From: Pirellulales bacterium
Lineage (GTDB): Bacteria > Planctomycetota > Planctomycetia > Pirellulales > JBBDJB01
Direction: 5' to 3'
Length of the DNA stretch: 64,000 nt
Assembly (NCBI GenBank): GCA_040880125.1
Contig: JBBDJB010000052.1
Span: forward strand, 188,281-252,280
Shown: positions 48,801 to 57,826 of the stretch, in pieces
Numbering within the stretch: the stretch's first letter is position 1
Layout of the letters: every line of letters begins with the position of its first letter
Translations under genes and position numbers: made by a program
The notes under the pieces: generated by a model
The model's input: the letters and a program-made list of their open reading frames with translations, nothing else
What the model was told of the DNA's origin: nothing
The model's database searches: none

Positions 48801-49943
48801 GTTGTCCGATTCGCGCCGGGCCACCTGCACCTGCGACGGGATAACCTCCGACGGAGCACGGTCAACCGGTATGAATGCGGCCGACTCCGCCGGCGTGGGG
48901 CTGGGTACCTCGCGCGCCGTCTGGGCCAGCCGCGTCGACTGCGCGTCGAGCGGCCGCTCGGGTGAGCGTTGGCGCGGACGGCCATCGCGCACCTGGGCCG
49001 TCTCGGCACGCGGCATCTCGGCCGGATCGGCGATCCGGCGCGGGAGTGTCGTCATCGAGGGCGAGTCTACCGTCGTCTGTTCGCCGCGCGTGCGCTGTGA
49101 GAGCAACACTTGCTCCGCCTCGCGGGGAGTCTGCGGCTCAGCGACGGTCGCCTGCGGCGGCACACGGGAAGCTGGTGCCTCGCGGGCCAATTGCGTGGGA
49201 GTCGCGTCGACGCTCGGCTCCTGCGGCGCGGCCGGCTGCTCGGGATTTGGCACCGCGACCGTGGGACGGCTGCGGTCCAACTCCGCCTGCACCGGCTGCT
49301 TGCTCAACTGCGATGCGTTGTCCGCACGATGCGGCGCGGAAAGCTCCGTGCGCGCGAGTTCCACCGGGCTAGGTTGTTCGGTGGTCTCGGTAGTCGGTGT
49401 CGGCACCGGTTGACGCAGTGTTTCGGTCTCTTTGGGCGTCTCCTGCTCGCGCGTCACTTCGGCCGTCTGCGGCTGGGGTACCTGGCTGGGGACCGGTTGT
49501 TGAAACGGCTCGACTTGCTCCGGCCGGTCGATCGGCGGCGCGAAGTACTCCGGCAGCGGGATCGGCTCGTCCTCGGGTACCGCTACCGACTGGTCCTGCG
49601 CCTGTTCGGCCAAAAGCTGCAGGTACTGCGAGTGCAGCACGACCGCCAGGAAAAGGTGGCCAATCAAGCTGATCAGCACCGCCAATTGCAGGCGCCGGGC
49701 AACGCGGCGGCCCCAGCGCGTCGAGGCCCAGAACAGCACGGCCAGCGTGAGCGTGAAAGTCGCCAGGCGAACCCAGCCGTTGTGCAGCAGCCGCGGATCG
49801 TCGAACCCGCCCGCCGCCACGATGATCCCGCCCACGAACCCGGCGAGGATGAACAGCGCCAGATTGATCGGCCACGACTGCTCCTCGAAAGGCAGCCGTG
49901 CGGCCGGCTCGATCTTGCGGATCACCTGGCGGAGCTTAGCCAT
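45810..49943 (-). CDS. Giant membrane-anchored protein with TonB-like topology: N-terminal TM helices, Pro/Ala/Glu/Gln-rich low-complexity spacer of about 800 aa, and C-terminal prenyltransferase/squalene-cyclase-like alpha/alpha-toroid domain
   Basis: N-terminal TM helices (LALFILAGFVGGIIVAAGG, LATFTLTLAVLFWAS, LAVLISLIGHLFLAVVLH). PxP/AxP-rich repeats. C-terminal 400 aa with QADGG..., GGWRY..., LLAFLGAGY toroid-repeat signatures. 6 bp after the exbD stop. Confidence 0.75.
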   Translation of the reverse strand: MAKLRQVIRKIEPAARLPFEEQSWPINLALFILAGFVGGIIVAAGGFDDPRLLHNGWVRLATFTLTLAVLFWASTRWGRRVARRLQLAVLISLIGHLFLAVVLHSQYLQLLAEQAQDQSVAVPEDEPIPLPEYFAPPIDRPEQVEPFQQPVPSQVPQPQTAEVTREQETPKETETLRQPVPTPTTETTEQPSPVELARTELSAPHRADNASQLSKQPVQAELDRSRPTVAVPNPEQPAAPQEPSVDATPTQLAREAPASRVPPQATVAEPQTPREAEQVLLSQRTRGEQTTVDSPSMTTLPRRIADPAEMPRAETAQVRDGRPRQRSPERPLDAQSTRLAQTAREVPSPTPAESAAFIPVDRAPSEVIPSQVQVARRESDNPQPEVTPSTSPARSTAAADVSPTQVETPSQAVAETSPANEDASPQATQVARQSTEAPQAPSSDSPEPQPIAAATAQSNAEVPRRSDRPDQPTVDTSSIAAETPRRAPREAAVAASPDAVESPSLAQASSRPSATAQPARAALSRANQGVVGRGRSENLDEQLPADSRQSATVASSAANRDSAVQQREGQAEAPSAPARLAKSRAGAEMPEATRLAQDVQQATAIGSQRPSTLSATSSAAVQRRDAEAPRGDQTAAAGEGQIDTGAPQVVPEIGIGRASGGGQPEVALSAQQPREPRRSAAGSAPLASLDAENVAAVPAAPVAREDDPAQESALVAGGGSVESPARAAAVAPAGDGSAQAADPDQPSPSDLVQPELRRRTSDGSESGAPPVAQSAAAPSRPHTGATLASAAAAPVDSGAPEGRAAAAGDPLVAEGATAARTPSGVPSTRTPGEIGALAGDVPLDSPAAIAAGAGLASTQAARNDSARDAAVVASGSEGAPLKRSTTAALPGGAALPDEPVQLADASPGSDNEGGAAQSATGGDALARASGNLPVRVQAEEGPGGLQQAVSIDVGNPRRAQRESQVVHTAPGRFLQRKVGGQATISGQAEVVAEAFARRGQRQEELQSGGEGKPTARTEAAIELGLEYLARHQLPDGRWSFQLDRNNPPGYQDEQAAIHADSAATGMALLAFLGAGYDHFDDRYQQVVQDGLNYLVRSQQADGGLYIPQEVASNYVAQLYSHGIASIALCEAVGMTGDPMLREPAQRAIDFIVESQHPERGGWRYTPGYMSDLSVTGWQWMALKSGELAGLDVPQETLDRAIAFLDRCRGTGDQRHLYLYNPWAADTPAQRHGRTPSTAMTSVGLLMRLYAGSNREDAEIRLGADHLLDNLPRIGTPENQALVGTVDNPMRDTYYWYYATQVMFHMGGEYWESWNERLHPMLVDTQTPSGYFAGSWNPLSPVADKWGPQGGRLYVTALNLLSLEVYYRHLPIYESTAQ

Positions 49944-49949
49944 CGCACC

Positions 49950-50357
49950 CTACTCCGTTGCCAGGCTGTAATCGCGGATACCTGCCCGATTGCACAGGTT
50001 CATCACCGTCGCGATGTGCTTGGTCCGCGAATTGCCGTCGGCGCGAATGATCACCCGCTGCCGGCCCGGATTGTTCATCCAGGCCTGCTTCAGGGCCGTT
50101 TCCAGCCCGGCCTCGGTGAGCAGTTCGCCGGAGACAAAGTAGCGCCCATTCTCGGTAACGTTGACAAACAGTTCCTTGGGCTGGGCGATCAGTGGCTTGG
50201 CCTCGCTCGCCTGCGGCAGCACAATGTCTAGCTCCCGCTCCTCTTCTTCAAACCGCGTGGCGACAAGAAAGAAGATCAGCAGCAAGAACACCACGTCGAT
50301 CAGCGGCGTTAAGCTGAGCGATCCCAGTGCCATTCCCTTATCGATCTTGACGGCCAT
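49950..50357 (-). CDS. exbD: Biopolymer transport protein ExbD/TolR
   Basis: SLTPLIDVVFLLLIFFLV TM...VIIRADGNSRTKHIATVMNLCNRAGI. 135 aa. Confidence 0.88.
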   Translation of the reverse strand: MAVKIDKGMALGSLSLTPLIDVVFLLLIFFLVATRFEEEERELDIVLPQASEAKPLIAQPKELFVNVTENGRYFVSGELLTEAGLETALKQAWMNNPGRQRVIIRADGNSRTKHIATVMNLCNRAGIRDYSLATE

Positions 50358-50378
50358 CGGCTCTGGTCCCTAGTGGTA

Positions 50379-51392
50379 CTACTTCGGCGCCGGCGCGGTG
50401 GAATGTGCGGCCTCATCCTGCTCGACAGGCGCCGGCGCGCCGTCGCCGCTCAGTTCCTGCCGCGTCACTCGGAGCTTGCCTTCGAAGCGCTCCAGTTGCG
50501 GCAGCAGGCTGAAAATCATGTCGTCGATTTCGCGGATCAGCGTCTGAATGCGACCTTCGAAATAGTGGGCCATCACGGCGGCGGGAATTGCCACCGCCAA
50601 GCCGGCGAAGGTGGTAACAAGTGCCACGTAAATGCCCTCGGCCAGCGCTTCGGCCTTGTTGGCCCCCACCGGCAGGTTGGCCGTGGCGAAGAAGGCCTGG
50701 ATCATCCCCCACACCGTTCCCAACAGCCCCAGCAGCGGGCAAACGGCAGCGGCCAGGTTCAGCGTGCGCACGTTCGAATACAGCCGCGTTGCCTCGCGTT
50801 CGCTGGCGTCCGTTACGGTGCGCTCGACTTCCGAGTGCGGCCGCCCGACCTTCAGCAGCATCGCGCGTATGATCGATGACGTGGTCGAGGGGTGTTGCTG
50901 ACAAATGCGATAGGCGCGGCGAGGATCGAAGCCGCCGCGGCTTTGTGACATCGTCGACAGGCTTTCGACCAGTTCGCCGGGAATCACCCGCTGCCGTCGC
51001 AGCGAGATCCAGCGCTCGATGCTCAGCGCGAGCACGAGAATCGAAATCACGCCGATTGGCACCATCAACCATCCGCCGCGGACGATCAACTCCAACAGAT
51101 TGACCGCAGGCTCGTCGCCGACCGGCACCGGCGCCGGCTCGGCCGCTTCTTCCTCCGCTTCTTCCGTTGCGGCGAGCGCCTCGGCGGCCCGTTGCTCGGC
51201 CAGGTCTTCTTCTTGCTGGGCCGCATCCTGGTCGGGTGGATCGGACTCTTGAGCAAAAGCCTGATTGGCTGTCACCCCCAGCAATAGCATGGCTGCCAAC
51301 AGGACCGCCGCCGCGACGGATCGCCGGCGCTTCGCGCAACCGGGCGGTACTCCGGCCCCGGACTGAAACGTTGGATCGACCTGTTCACGCAT
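50379..51392 (-). CDS. exbB: MotA/TolQ/ExbB proton-channel protein with long acidic periplasmic N-terminal region; start trimmed to MREQVDP
   Basis: Signal/TM, Glu/Ala-rich segment, then ExbB core ...LGLLGTVWGMIQAF...ALVTTFAGLAVAIPA.... Confidence 0.88.
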   Translation of the reverse strand: MREQVDPTFQSGAGVPPGCAKRRRSVAAAVLLAAMLLLGVTANQAFAQESDPPDQDAAQQEEDLAEQRAAEALAATEEAEEEAAEPAPVPVGDEPAVNLLELIVRGGWLMVPIGVISILVLALSIERWISLRRQRVIPGELVESLSTMSQSRGGFDPRRAYRICQQHPSTTSSIIRAMLLKVGRPHSEVERTVTDASEREATRLYSNVRTLNLAAAVCPLLGLLGTVWGMIQAFFATANLPVGANKAEALAEGIYVALVTTFAGLAVAIPAAVMAHYFEGRIQTLIREIDDMIFSLLPQLERFEGKLRVTRQELSGDGAPAPVEQDEAAHSTAPAPK

Positions 51393-51668
51393 CAAGATGT
51401 TCTCCCCAGCGGACTGCAAAAGCTGCACACCACCGGTTGTTGATATCCGGCTCGATCGGCACCACCAGTGAGCAGTATTTCTGCGCATCTACAGAACGCT
51501 CTATCCTACCGTCGAGCCACCTGGCACAGAAGGGACCGCAGCCCGGTCAGCGCTCCGCCGAGTCGCCGCCGCTTGGGCGAGGTCTTCTCCAGGAACTACG
51601 CAGACTTGGCGATTTACGTGCGAACAACCGCCACGTCTGCAGACGAGACCGATGACCACGGCCACCGG

Positions 51669-54600
51669 CTAACCCCCCAGTGCGGCTACTTTCTGCTTCG
51701 CGGCGGGGAGTTTGTCACTGTTTGGGAATCGCTCGATGAGTTCAGCGAACAGCCGCTTGGCCGCGTCGGGCCGATTTAGCAGTTCCAGGCAGCGGGCCGC
51801 CTCGAACGTCGCGTCCGACTGCCACTGGTGATAAGACTCCGGCGAGTCGGGGTACCCATATCCATAGACTACCTTGAAATACGCCCGCACGGCGTCCTGG
51901 TAGTCCTTGTTCGCGAACATCAGCTCGCCCGCCATGAACTGAGCGCGAGCGCCAAGTTCAAACTGATTTGTGTCGGCGACTTTCTGGTAGAGATCGAGCG
52001 CTCGCTCGTGCTGTTCCAGGTTCTGCCTTGCCCAGGCTTGCTCATAGAGAACTTCATCGCGGTAGTCGGAGTCGGGTAGCTCCTGCGTCGAACGCTCCAG
52101 CAGTTCCAGGCTTTGCTCCCACTGCTTCATTTGCGCCGCCGCCTGACCGGCGTGCAGCAGCGCCAGACCGCGCAGTTGATCGCTGGACAGATTGCCCTCG
52201 AGCGCCGCAGTGAATCCGGCCAACGCTTCTTCGTGCATGCCCTGCTGGAACTGCGACTCGGCCAGCATGAGCCGGGCGTCCGCGGCGAGATTCGCGTCGG
52301 GATACTCGCCCAGCTGCTGCCGAAAGGCCTCCGCCGCCTGTTGGTACTGCTTCTGCTGGAAGTGGGACCAGGCGAGCTTGTGCAGCGCCCTTTCTTCCAC
52401 GGGCGAAGCCGCGGCCTTCTCGACGGCGATGCGATAGTTCTCCGCCGCCTGCTCGTACTCTTTAGCATCGTAGCGGATCTCGCCGACCCGGAACGCACAC
52501 TCGGCCGCCAGCGGACTGTCGCCGTGCTGTTCAACCAGTCGGGCAAAGACGGTCGCCGCCTCGGCCGCCCGGTTCAACTCCACGTGGCACCAACCCAATT
52601 CATACAGCACCTTGTCGAGCGCCTCGTACTCCGGCTGATCGGAGACGATCGTCGAAAACGTGCTGGCTGCCTTGTCGTACTGCTCCAAGCCAGACTCGCA
52701 CAGCCCGCGCACGTACAGCGCGTCGAACCGCGCCTTGTCCCGCGGCTCGGTTGACAAGTACGCCTGAATGTCTTCCAGAGCGCCGGTGAAATCCTTCGTC
52801 TGCTGGCGAGCGACCGCACGAGCGTATCGGCCGCGTGGGATCAGTTCGTGCTGCGGATACTTCTCGATCAAGTCGCTCAGTGTGCCGGCGGCGTCGCCAG
52901 GATGATCGGTGTTGATCTGCGCCCAGCCGAGCCCCAACAGCGCGTAAGGTATGAGCGAGCTGTCGGGCCATGTGTCTCGCAGGTGCGCGAACGCGCCGGC
53001 GGCCGCAGCAGCATTGCCCGCCGCTTCATGAAACTCGCCCAGCCGGAAATAGGCCTGATCGAGCGTGCCGCTGTTGGGGAATCGCTCGATCAACTGCTCG
53101 GCGGTCGCGATCGCCTCTGGCAGCTTCCCTTGCGCCCGCTGCGTGCGTGCCAAGAGCAACATGGTGCGGTCCGCGCCGCCGCCCATCGGCTGTGCGGAGA
53201 GCGACGCCTGTAGCGACTCACCAGCCGCATCGAACTGATCAAGATCGAACTGGCTGCTGCCCAGCACCAGCAGGGCCTCTGCCCGGGCAGAGGCGTCTTC
53301 GATCTGCTCAACGGCGCCACTCAGCACTTCGACGACCTCCGCATGTTTGCCGGCAAGCTGCAGCGCCACGGCCTGCCGCACCCGCCAGGCGTCGATCTCC
53401 GACCGCATGTTGAACTGCTCGATCAGCCGGGCATATTGGTCGGCCGCCTGCTGGTGATTGCCAAGCTGCAGATTGCTCTCGGCGGCCACTTGCAGCACGT
53501 CCGGCGTAAACTCGCTCTGCTGGCGGTTTGACAGAAACGACTTGGCAAGCTCCAGCGCCCGATCGTACTGGCCGATCTGCAGCGCCGCGAAGCTGGCCAT
53601 GTAGGCGGCTTCACCGGCCAGTGAATGTTCGGGAAACTGCTCCGCGAGTGCCTGGTACGCCGCGATCGAGTCGCCACGACGGGCCGGCGTCTCGTACAGC
53701 GCGTCAGCCTTGTCGAGCATCAGCGGCACGCGAAGCGGGCTTTCGCCGGCTTCGACCAGAGCAGCTTCGGCCGCCTGCAGCGCTTCGGCCGGTTGACTCT
53801 GCTTGAGGTAACTCCGCGCGATCCAGTGGGCCGCGTCCAATGCGGATTCGCCGCCCTGAGAGCCGGCCCGCTGGAGCCATTGCCGCGCCTGGTCGAAGTT
53901 GCCAGCCATGAAGTGGCTCTTGCCGGCCGCCAATGTCGCGGCCCCGGCGTACGTCGACTGCGGGAATTGCTCGAGAAGCGACGCATACAGCGCCGCGGCC
54001 TCGGCAAACTGCTGCAGGTCGTACAGGCACTGGGCCTGGCGCAAGGTTGCATAGTCGGCCAGCTCGAAGGCGGGCGTATTCGCCGCGGCGGCGAAGTGCT
54101 GTTGCGCCTCGGCCGGCTTGCCGGCGGATAGCAGCACGTCGCCCTGCCGCATGGACACTTCCGTCGCCAGCGGGTCCTGCGGAAACTCGCTGGCAAACCG
54201 CGTGTACACCTGGCCCGCGGCCGCCGTGTTGCCGGTCTCTTGCAGCGCCACCCCCAGACCGTAGATCGCCTTGGCGCGCAGCTCGTGCTGAGGGTGAGCC
54301 TGGACCCACTGCCGGTACGCTTCCACCGCCTGGGCCTTCTCTCCGAGCGAGTACAGCGCCTCGGCCCGATAGAACCGTGCTACGGGCAGTTGTTCGTCTT
54401 CGGGGAACTTTTCCGCCATCGCGGCGAACGTGTCCACGCTACGCCGCAACGCCTCGGCCTGGCCCTGGTTGAACTGTGCCAGCCCCAGGTTGACGTAGCT
54501 GGACGGCGTCAGCTCCGATTGCGGATAATCGCGAATCGCTTGCTGAAAGGTCTGTTCGGCCTGCTGATATTTCTGCTGTTGAAACTGGCAAACGCCCTGG

Positions 54601-54836
54601 TAGTGCCGGGCCTTGTCGGCCAGCGGCTCTTGGGCGAAGCGATCGAGGAAAGTCTTCCACTCCTCTTCGGCCAGCTCGTACAGCCCCTGGTTCTGCAGTG
54701 CCACGGCGGCGCGATACTGGCGGACAGCCGCCGGCGACGATTCGGCGGCCTCTTGCGCGAGCCCCGCTGAGGCCAGCAGCAAGGCCAATAGCCATGCGGC
54801 ACCGCACGCCAGGAGAACCGAGAAGGTGCGATGCAT
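51669..54836 (-). CDS. Secreted tetratricopeptide-repeat protein (about 1055 aa, more than 20 TPRs); start trimmed to MHRTFSV
   Basis: Signal peptide MHRTFSVLLACGAAWLLALLLASAGLAQE. Repeated A..Y..G......Y..A...F TPR pattern throughout. Confidence 0.8.
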   Translation of the reverse strand: MHRTFSVLLACGAAWLLALLLASAGLAQEAAESSPAAVRQYRAAVALQNQGLYELAEEEWKTFLDRFAQEPLADKARHYQGVCQFQQQKYQQAEQTFQQAIRDYPQSELTPSSYVNLGLAQFNQGQAEALRRSVDTFAAMAEKFPEDEQLPVARFYRAEALYSLGEKAQAVEAYRQWVQAHPQHELRAKAIYGLGVALQETGNTAAAGQVYTRFASEFPQDPLATEVSMRQGDVLLSAGKPAEAQQHFAAAANTPAFELADYATLRQAQCLYDLQQFAEAAALYASLLEQFPQSTYAGAATLAAGKSHFMAGNFDQARQWLQRAGSQGGESALDAAHWIARSYLKQSQPAEALQAAEAALVEAGESPLRVPLMLDKADALYETPARRGDSIAAYQALAEQFPEHSLAGEAAYMASFAALQIGQYDRALELAKSFLSNRQQSEFTPDVLQVAAESNLQLGNHQQAADQYARLIEQFNMRSEIDAWRVRQAVALQLAGKHAEVVEVLSGAVEQIEDASARAEALLVLGSSQFDLDQFDAAGESLQASLSAQPMGGGADRTMLLLARTQRAQGKLPEAIATAEQLIERFPNSGTLDQAYFRLGEFHEAAGNAAAAAGAFAHLRDTWPDSSLIPYALLGLGWAQINTDHPGDAAGTLSDLIEKYPQHELIPRGRYARAVARQQTKDFTGALEDIQAYLSTEPRDKARFDALYVRGLCESGLEQYDKAASTFSTIVSDQPEYEALDKVLYELGWCHVELNRAAEAATVFARLVEQHGDSPLAAECAFRVGEIRYDAKEYEQAAENYRIAVEKAAASPVEERALHKLAWSHFQQKQYQQAAEAFRQQLGEYPDANLAADARLMLAESQFQQGMHEEALAGFTAALEGNLSSDQLRGLALLHAGQAAAQMKQWEQSLELLERSTQELPDSDYRDEVLYEQAWARQNLEQHERALDLYQKVADTNQFELGARAQFMAGELMFANKDYQDAVRAYFKVVYGYGYPDSPESYHQWQSDATFEAARCLELLNRPDAAKRLFAELIERFPNSDKLPAAKQKVAALGG

Positions 54837-55208
54837 CGTATGACCGCTCCTGGTAAGGATAATTCGACTACTTTTCAATACGCGGTGGATGAGTTTTTCA
54901 ATACGCCTGGATGAGTTGCGGCGGGTGCCACGGCTCGCTTTGCCCAGCCGTGCTCTGGCGGCCCTCGACGTGCCAAACATCTACTACAACTTTATACGCA
55001 CGCGGCCCCGGCTCGTGGCGGCAAGACCGCCGATGATCGCCGGAACTCCGCTCAATCTACTGCCGTCGATAGCCCCAGACAACCTGCCTGTCCCGTCGAG
55101 GGTGGCAGTTGTCCACCTCTGGTGAAAGCCGTATCATGACGCCACCTGGAATCGGCGAATTTGCGCCGGTGAATCGCAGTTTCGAACCTCCGATCAAACA
55201 GACGCGCC

Positions 55209-56195
55209 TTGCTGGAAGTTACGACTATACACTGGGTTGCGTTTTGTTCGCTGGTCGCGATTCTGCTCATCCTGGACCTGCTGATCTTCCATCGCCACGC
55301 CCACGAGCCGTCGCTCCGCGAGTCGGCCGGCTGGACCGTTTTCTGGAGCAGCCTCGCGCTGTGCTTCAACGGCCTGATCTGGTGGTGGGGCGGACCCGGA
55401 CCGGGGATCGATTTTTTCACCGGTTACCTGGTCGAGTGGTCGCTCTCGATGGACAACGTCTTCGTGTTCATCGTCATCTTTGCCTACTTCCGCGTGCCGC
55501 TGAAGTACCAGTACCGGGTTCTCTTCTGGGGCATCCTCGGCGCCATCGCCATGCGACTGACGTTTATCCTCATCGCGGGCGAACTGCTGGAACGCTTCGA
55601 TTGGGTGCTCTATCTGTTTGGTGCATTCCTGCTGTACACAGGCGTGAAGCTGGCCTTCGCCCACGGCAGCGAGTCCTCGCCCGAGAATAACATCGTCATC
55701 CGCACCGCACGGCGGGTTCTGCCGGTTTCTGCCACCGCCCACGGCGATAAGTTCTTCGTCCGAGAGGGCGGACGCTTGATGGTCACCCCGCTGTTTCTTG
55801 TGCTGTTGGCGGTCGAGAGCACCGACGTAGTGTTCGCCGTCGACAGCGTTCCGGCCATCTTCGGCATCACGGACGACCCATTCATCGTGTTTACGTCAAA
55901 CGTCTTCGCGATCATGGGCCTGCGGGCCTTGTACTTCCTGCTGGCGGGCGTAGTGGACATGTTCCGCTATCTCAGCTACGGCCTGGCCGCCGTGCTGGTC
56001 TTTATCGGAGCGAAGATGCTGCTGCACGACTTCATCCACCTGCCGAACTGGGCCTCGCTGGCGGTGATCGCCTCGCTACTATCCATCTCGATCATTGCGT
56101 CGCTGATCGCCGCCCGGCGCAATCCCACTCCGCCGCATCCCGACGCGGTCCAGCCGCTGCCCGCCGAACCGGAACCCGAGCCGCGCGGCAAGTAG
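55209..56195 (+). CDS. terC: TerC-family integral membrane protein
   Basis: ...VEWSLSMDNVFVFIVIF...FAVDSVPAIFGITDDPFIVFTSNVFAIMGLRALYF... TerC signature. Confidence 0.85.
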   Translation: MLEVTTIHWVAFCSLVAILLILDLLIFHRHAHEPSLRESAGWTVFWSSLALCFNGLIWWWGGPGPGIDFFTGYLVEWSLSMDNVFVFIVIFAYFRVPLKYQYRVLFWGILGAIAMRLTFILIAGELLERFDWVLYLFGAFLLYTGVKLAFAHGSESSPENNIVIRTARRVLPVSATAHGDKFFVREGGRLMVTPLFLVLLAVESTDVVFAVDSVPAIFGITDDPFIVFTSNVFAIMGLRALYFLLAGVVDMFRYLSYGLAAVLVFIGAKMLLHDFIHLPNWASLAVIASLLSISIIASLIAARRNPTPPHPDAVQPLPAEPEPEPRGK

Positions 56196-56197
56196 GG

Positions 56198-56260
<63 letters not shown>

Positions 56261-56473
56261 GTGGCGCGGGGTGTGACGTGCCGGAGGTGTAGCTGAACGC
56301 TTCTCCGACATTAGTCGCAAGCATACCAACCGAACCCCGGACCCCGAACCCCGCCCTCCGCCCTCCGCGCGGTGTTATGATAGACGGCAATCCTTGGCCG
56401 TTCGCCTGCCGGCAACGCAGGCCGGCATGCGTGCCGCTTATCAAAACTCTCCCCGAATGGAAGTTGTCCCAGC

Positions 56474-57451
56474 GTGAAACAGATTCTCATCACCGGCGGC
56501 GCCGGATTCATCGGCAGTCATCTGGCCGACACCCTGTTGGCGCGGGGACATCGCGTCACGGTGGTCGACAACGAGTCGGCCGGATCGCCGGATAACCTTC
56601 AAGCGGCCGGTCGACATTTCGACTTCCAGTACGTCCGCGGCGCCGTCGAAGACCGGCCGCTGATGCGTGAGCTGCTGGCCGATGTCGACGAGGTCTATCA
56701 CTTGGCCGCGCCCGAAGGCGTCGAGCGGCTGGCCCGGCTGCCGGCCAGGGTGATTCAAAAACAATGGCGGGCGCTGGACGGGTTGGTGTCGGAGATGGCC
56801 CGCCGCCACAAGTCGGGCCCCCCCGTGAAGTGGTTCTTCGCCAGCAGCGGGGATGTCTACGGCTGCCGCTCCAGCGATTCATTCTCGGAGGACGAGCCGC
56901 TCAGCTTCGGGCCGGTTTCGGACGTCGGTCAGGCGGCCGGCGCGTCCAAGGCGCTGGGCGAGTTTCTCGCCCTGGCGGCACAGCGGCAGCATGGCCTGCC
57001 GGTGATTATCGGCAGGCTCTTTAACGTGGCCGGCCCACGCCAGTCGGCCCGCTGGGGCAAGGTCGTGCCGCGCCTGGTGAGCTGCGCACTGGAGGGTCGC
57101 GCGCCGGTCGTGCACGACGACGGCGGCCAGACGCGGGCGTTTCTGCACGTGGCCGACGCTTGCGAGGCGATCGCCGATCTGATGGAGAACGGCACCGTGA
57201 CAGGCAATGTCTTCAACATCGGCGGCGAACGGCCCATCAGTATTTTTCAACTGGCCGAACGAGTCGTCGCCGCCGTCGACGCGAAGCTGGACATCGAGTT
57301 TGAAAGCTACCGCAACACGTACGGCGAAGGTTTTGCCGCAGTCCGCCATCGCATGGCCGATCTGACCCGGCTCAAGCAGACGATTCATTTCGCGCCGCAA
57401 CACGACCTCGACGTGATTGTGACGGAAGTCATCGAGTGGCTGCGGGCATAG
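56474..57451 (+). CDS. NAD-dependent epimerase/dehydratase (extended SDR, UDP-sugar epimerase-like)
   Basis: ILITGGAGFIGSHLADTLLARGHRVTVVDN... Rossmann motif, 325 aa, GTG start. Confidence 0.88.
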   Translation: MKQILITGGAGFIGSHLADTLLARGHRVTVVDNESAGSPDNLQAAGRHFDFQYVRGAVEDRPLMRELLADVDEVYHLAAPEGVERLARLPARVIQKQWRALDGLVSEMARRHKSGPPVKWFFASSGDVYGCRSSDSFSEDEPLSFGPVSDVGQAAGASKALGEFLALAAQRQHGLPVIIGRLFNVAGPRQSARWGKVVPRLVSCALEGRAPVVHDDGGQTRAFLHVADACEAIADLMENGTVTGNVFNIGGERPISIFQLAERVVAAVDAKLDIEFESYRNTYGEGFAAVRHRMADLTRLKQTIHFAPQHDLDVIVTEVIEWLRA

Positions 57452-57458
57452 CCATTTT

Positions 57459-57511
57459 GGTGGCACGGACATTCCTGTCTGTGCGCAGGCTGAATTGCGG
57501 ACAATTCAGCC
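57459..57511. repeat. Tandem Family-A hairpin (GGCACGGACA-ttcc-TGTCTGTGC) and Family-B hairpin (GGCTGAATTG-cgga-CAATTCAGCC) starting 8 bp after the epimerase stop
   Basis: Read directly. 10-bp stems with 4-nt loops. Confidence 0.75.
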
Positions 57512-57601
57512 TCCCCGCCGGCGACCGCCACCACGCGATCAACGAGCTCGATCGGCTTTACACGCCCTGAAACGATTTCATATTTTGATGTGAAAAAGTA
57601 G

Positions 57602-57629
57602 TTGCAAAATCGCCCCTGCCGTGTACAAT
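57602..57629 (+). promoter_or_regulatory. Near-consensus sigma70-type promoter (TTGCAA - 16 bp - TACAAT) in an AT-rich intergenic region; a GGACACCGGGTGTCC palindrome overlaps the predicted TSS
   Basis: Hexamers and spacing read directly. The surrounding 150 bp is strongly AT-rich relative to the genome. Confidence 0.4.
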
Positions 57630-57635
57630 ATGGAC

Positions 57636-57826
57636 ACCGGGTGTCCGGCCTGCTGACGGCACGTATTGGGAGGCCGCCTTCGGCGATTCCCGACGACGCA
57701 GATCCGCCATAGCACGCGACGCCGTCGCAGAGACAAGCTGACTTTTTAAACACTTGAAAAAAGCCGGGGGTTCAAAAAAGGTGCCGCTTCACGCGGCTGG
57801 CGCAGTGTGGGGCACTGCCTTTTTTT
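57636..57826 (+). ncRNA. Candidate small RNA (about 190 nt) between the predicted promoter and the intrinsic terminator at 57802-57826; unknown family
   Basis: Promoter-to-terminator unit with internal hairpins (GCGACGccGTCGC; GCAGTGtggggCACTGC+T7). No ORF longer than 30 codons. Not matched to SRP, 6S, tmRNA or RNase P by eye. Confidence 0.3.
57802..57826 (+). terminator. Intrinsic terminator: GCAGTG-tgggg-CACTGC followed by T7
   Basis: Read directly. Flanked by direct repeats GGGGGTTCAAAAAAGGTG (57766) and GGGGGCGTTCAAAAAAGGGTG (57852). Confidence 0.65.
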
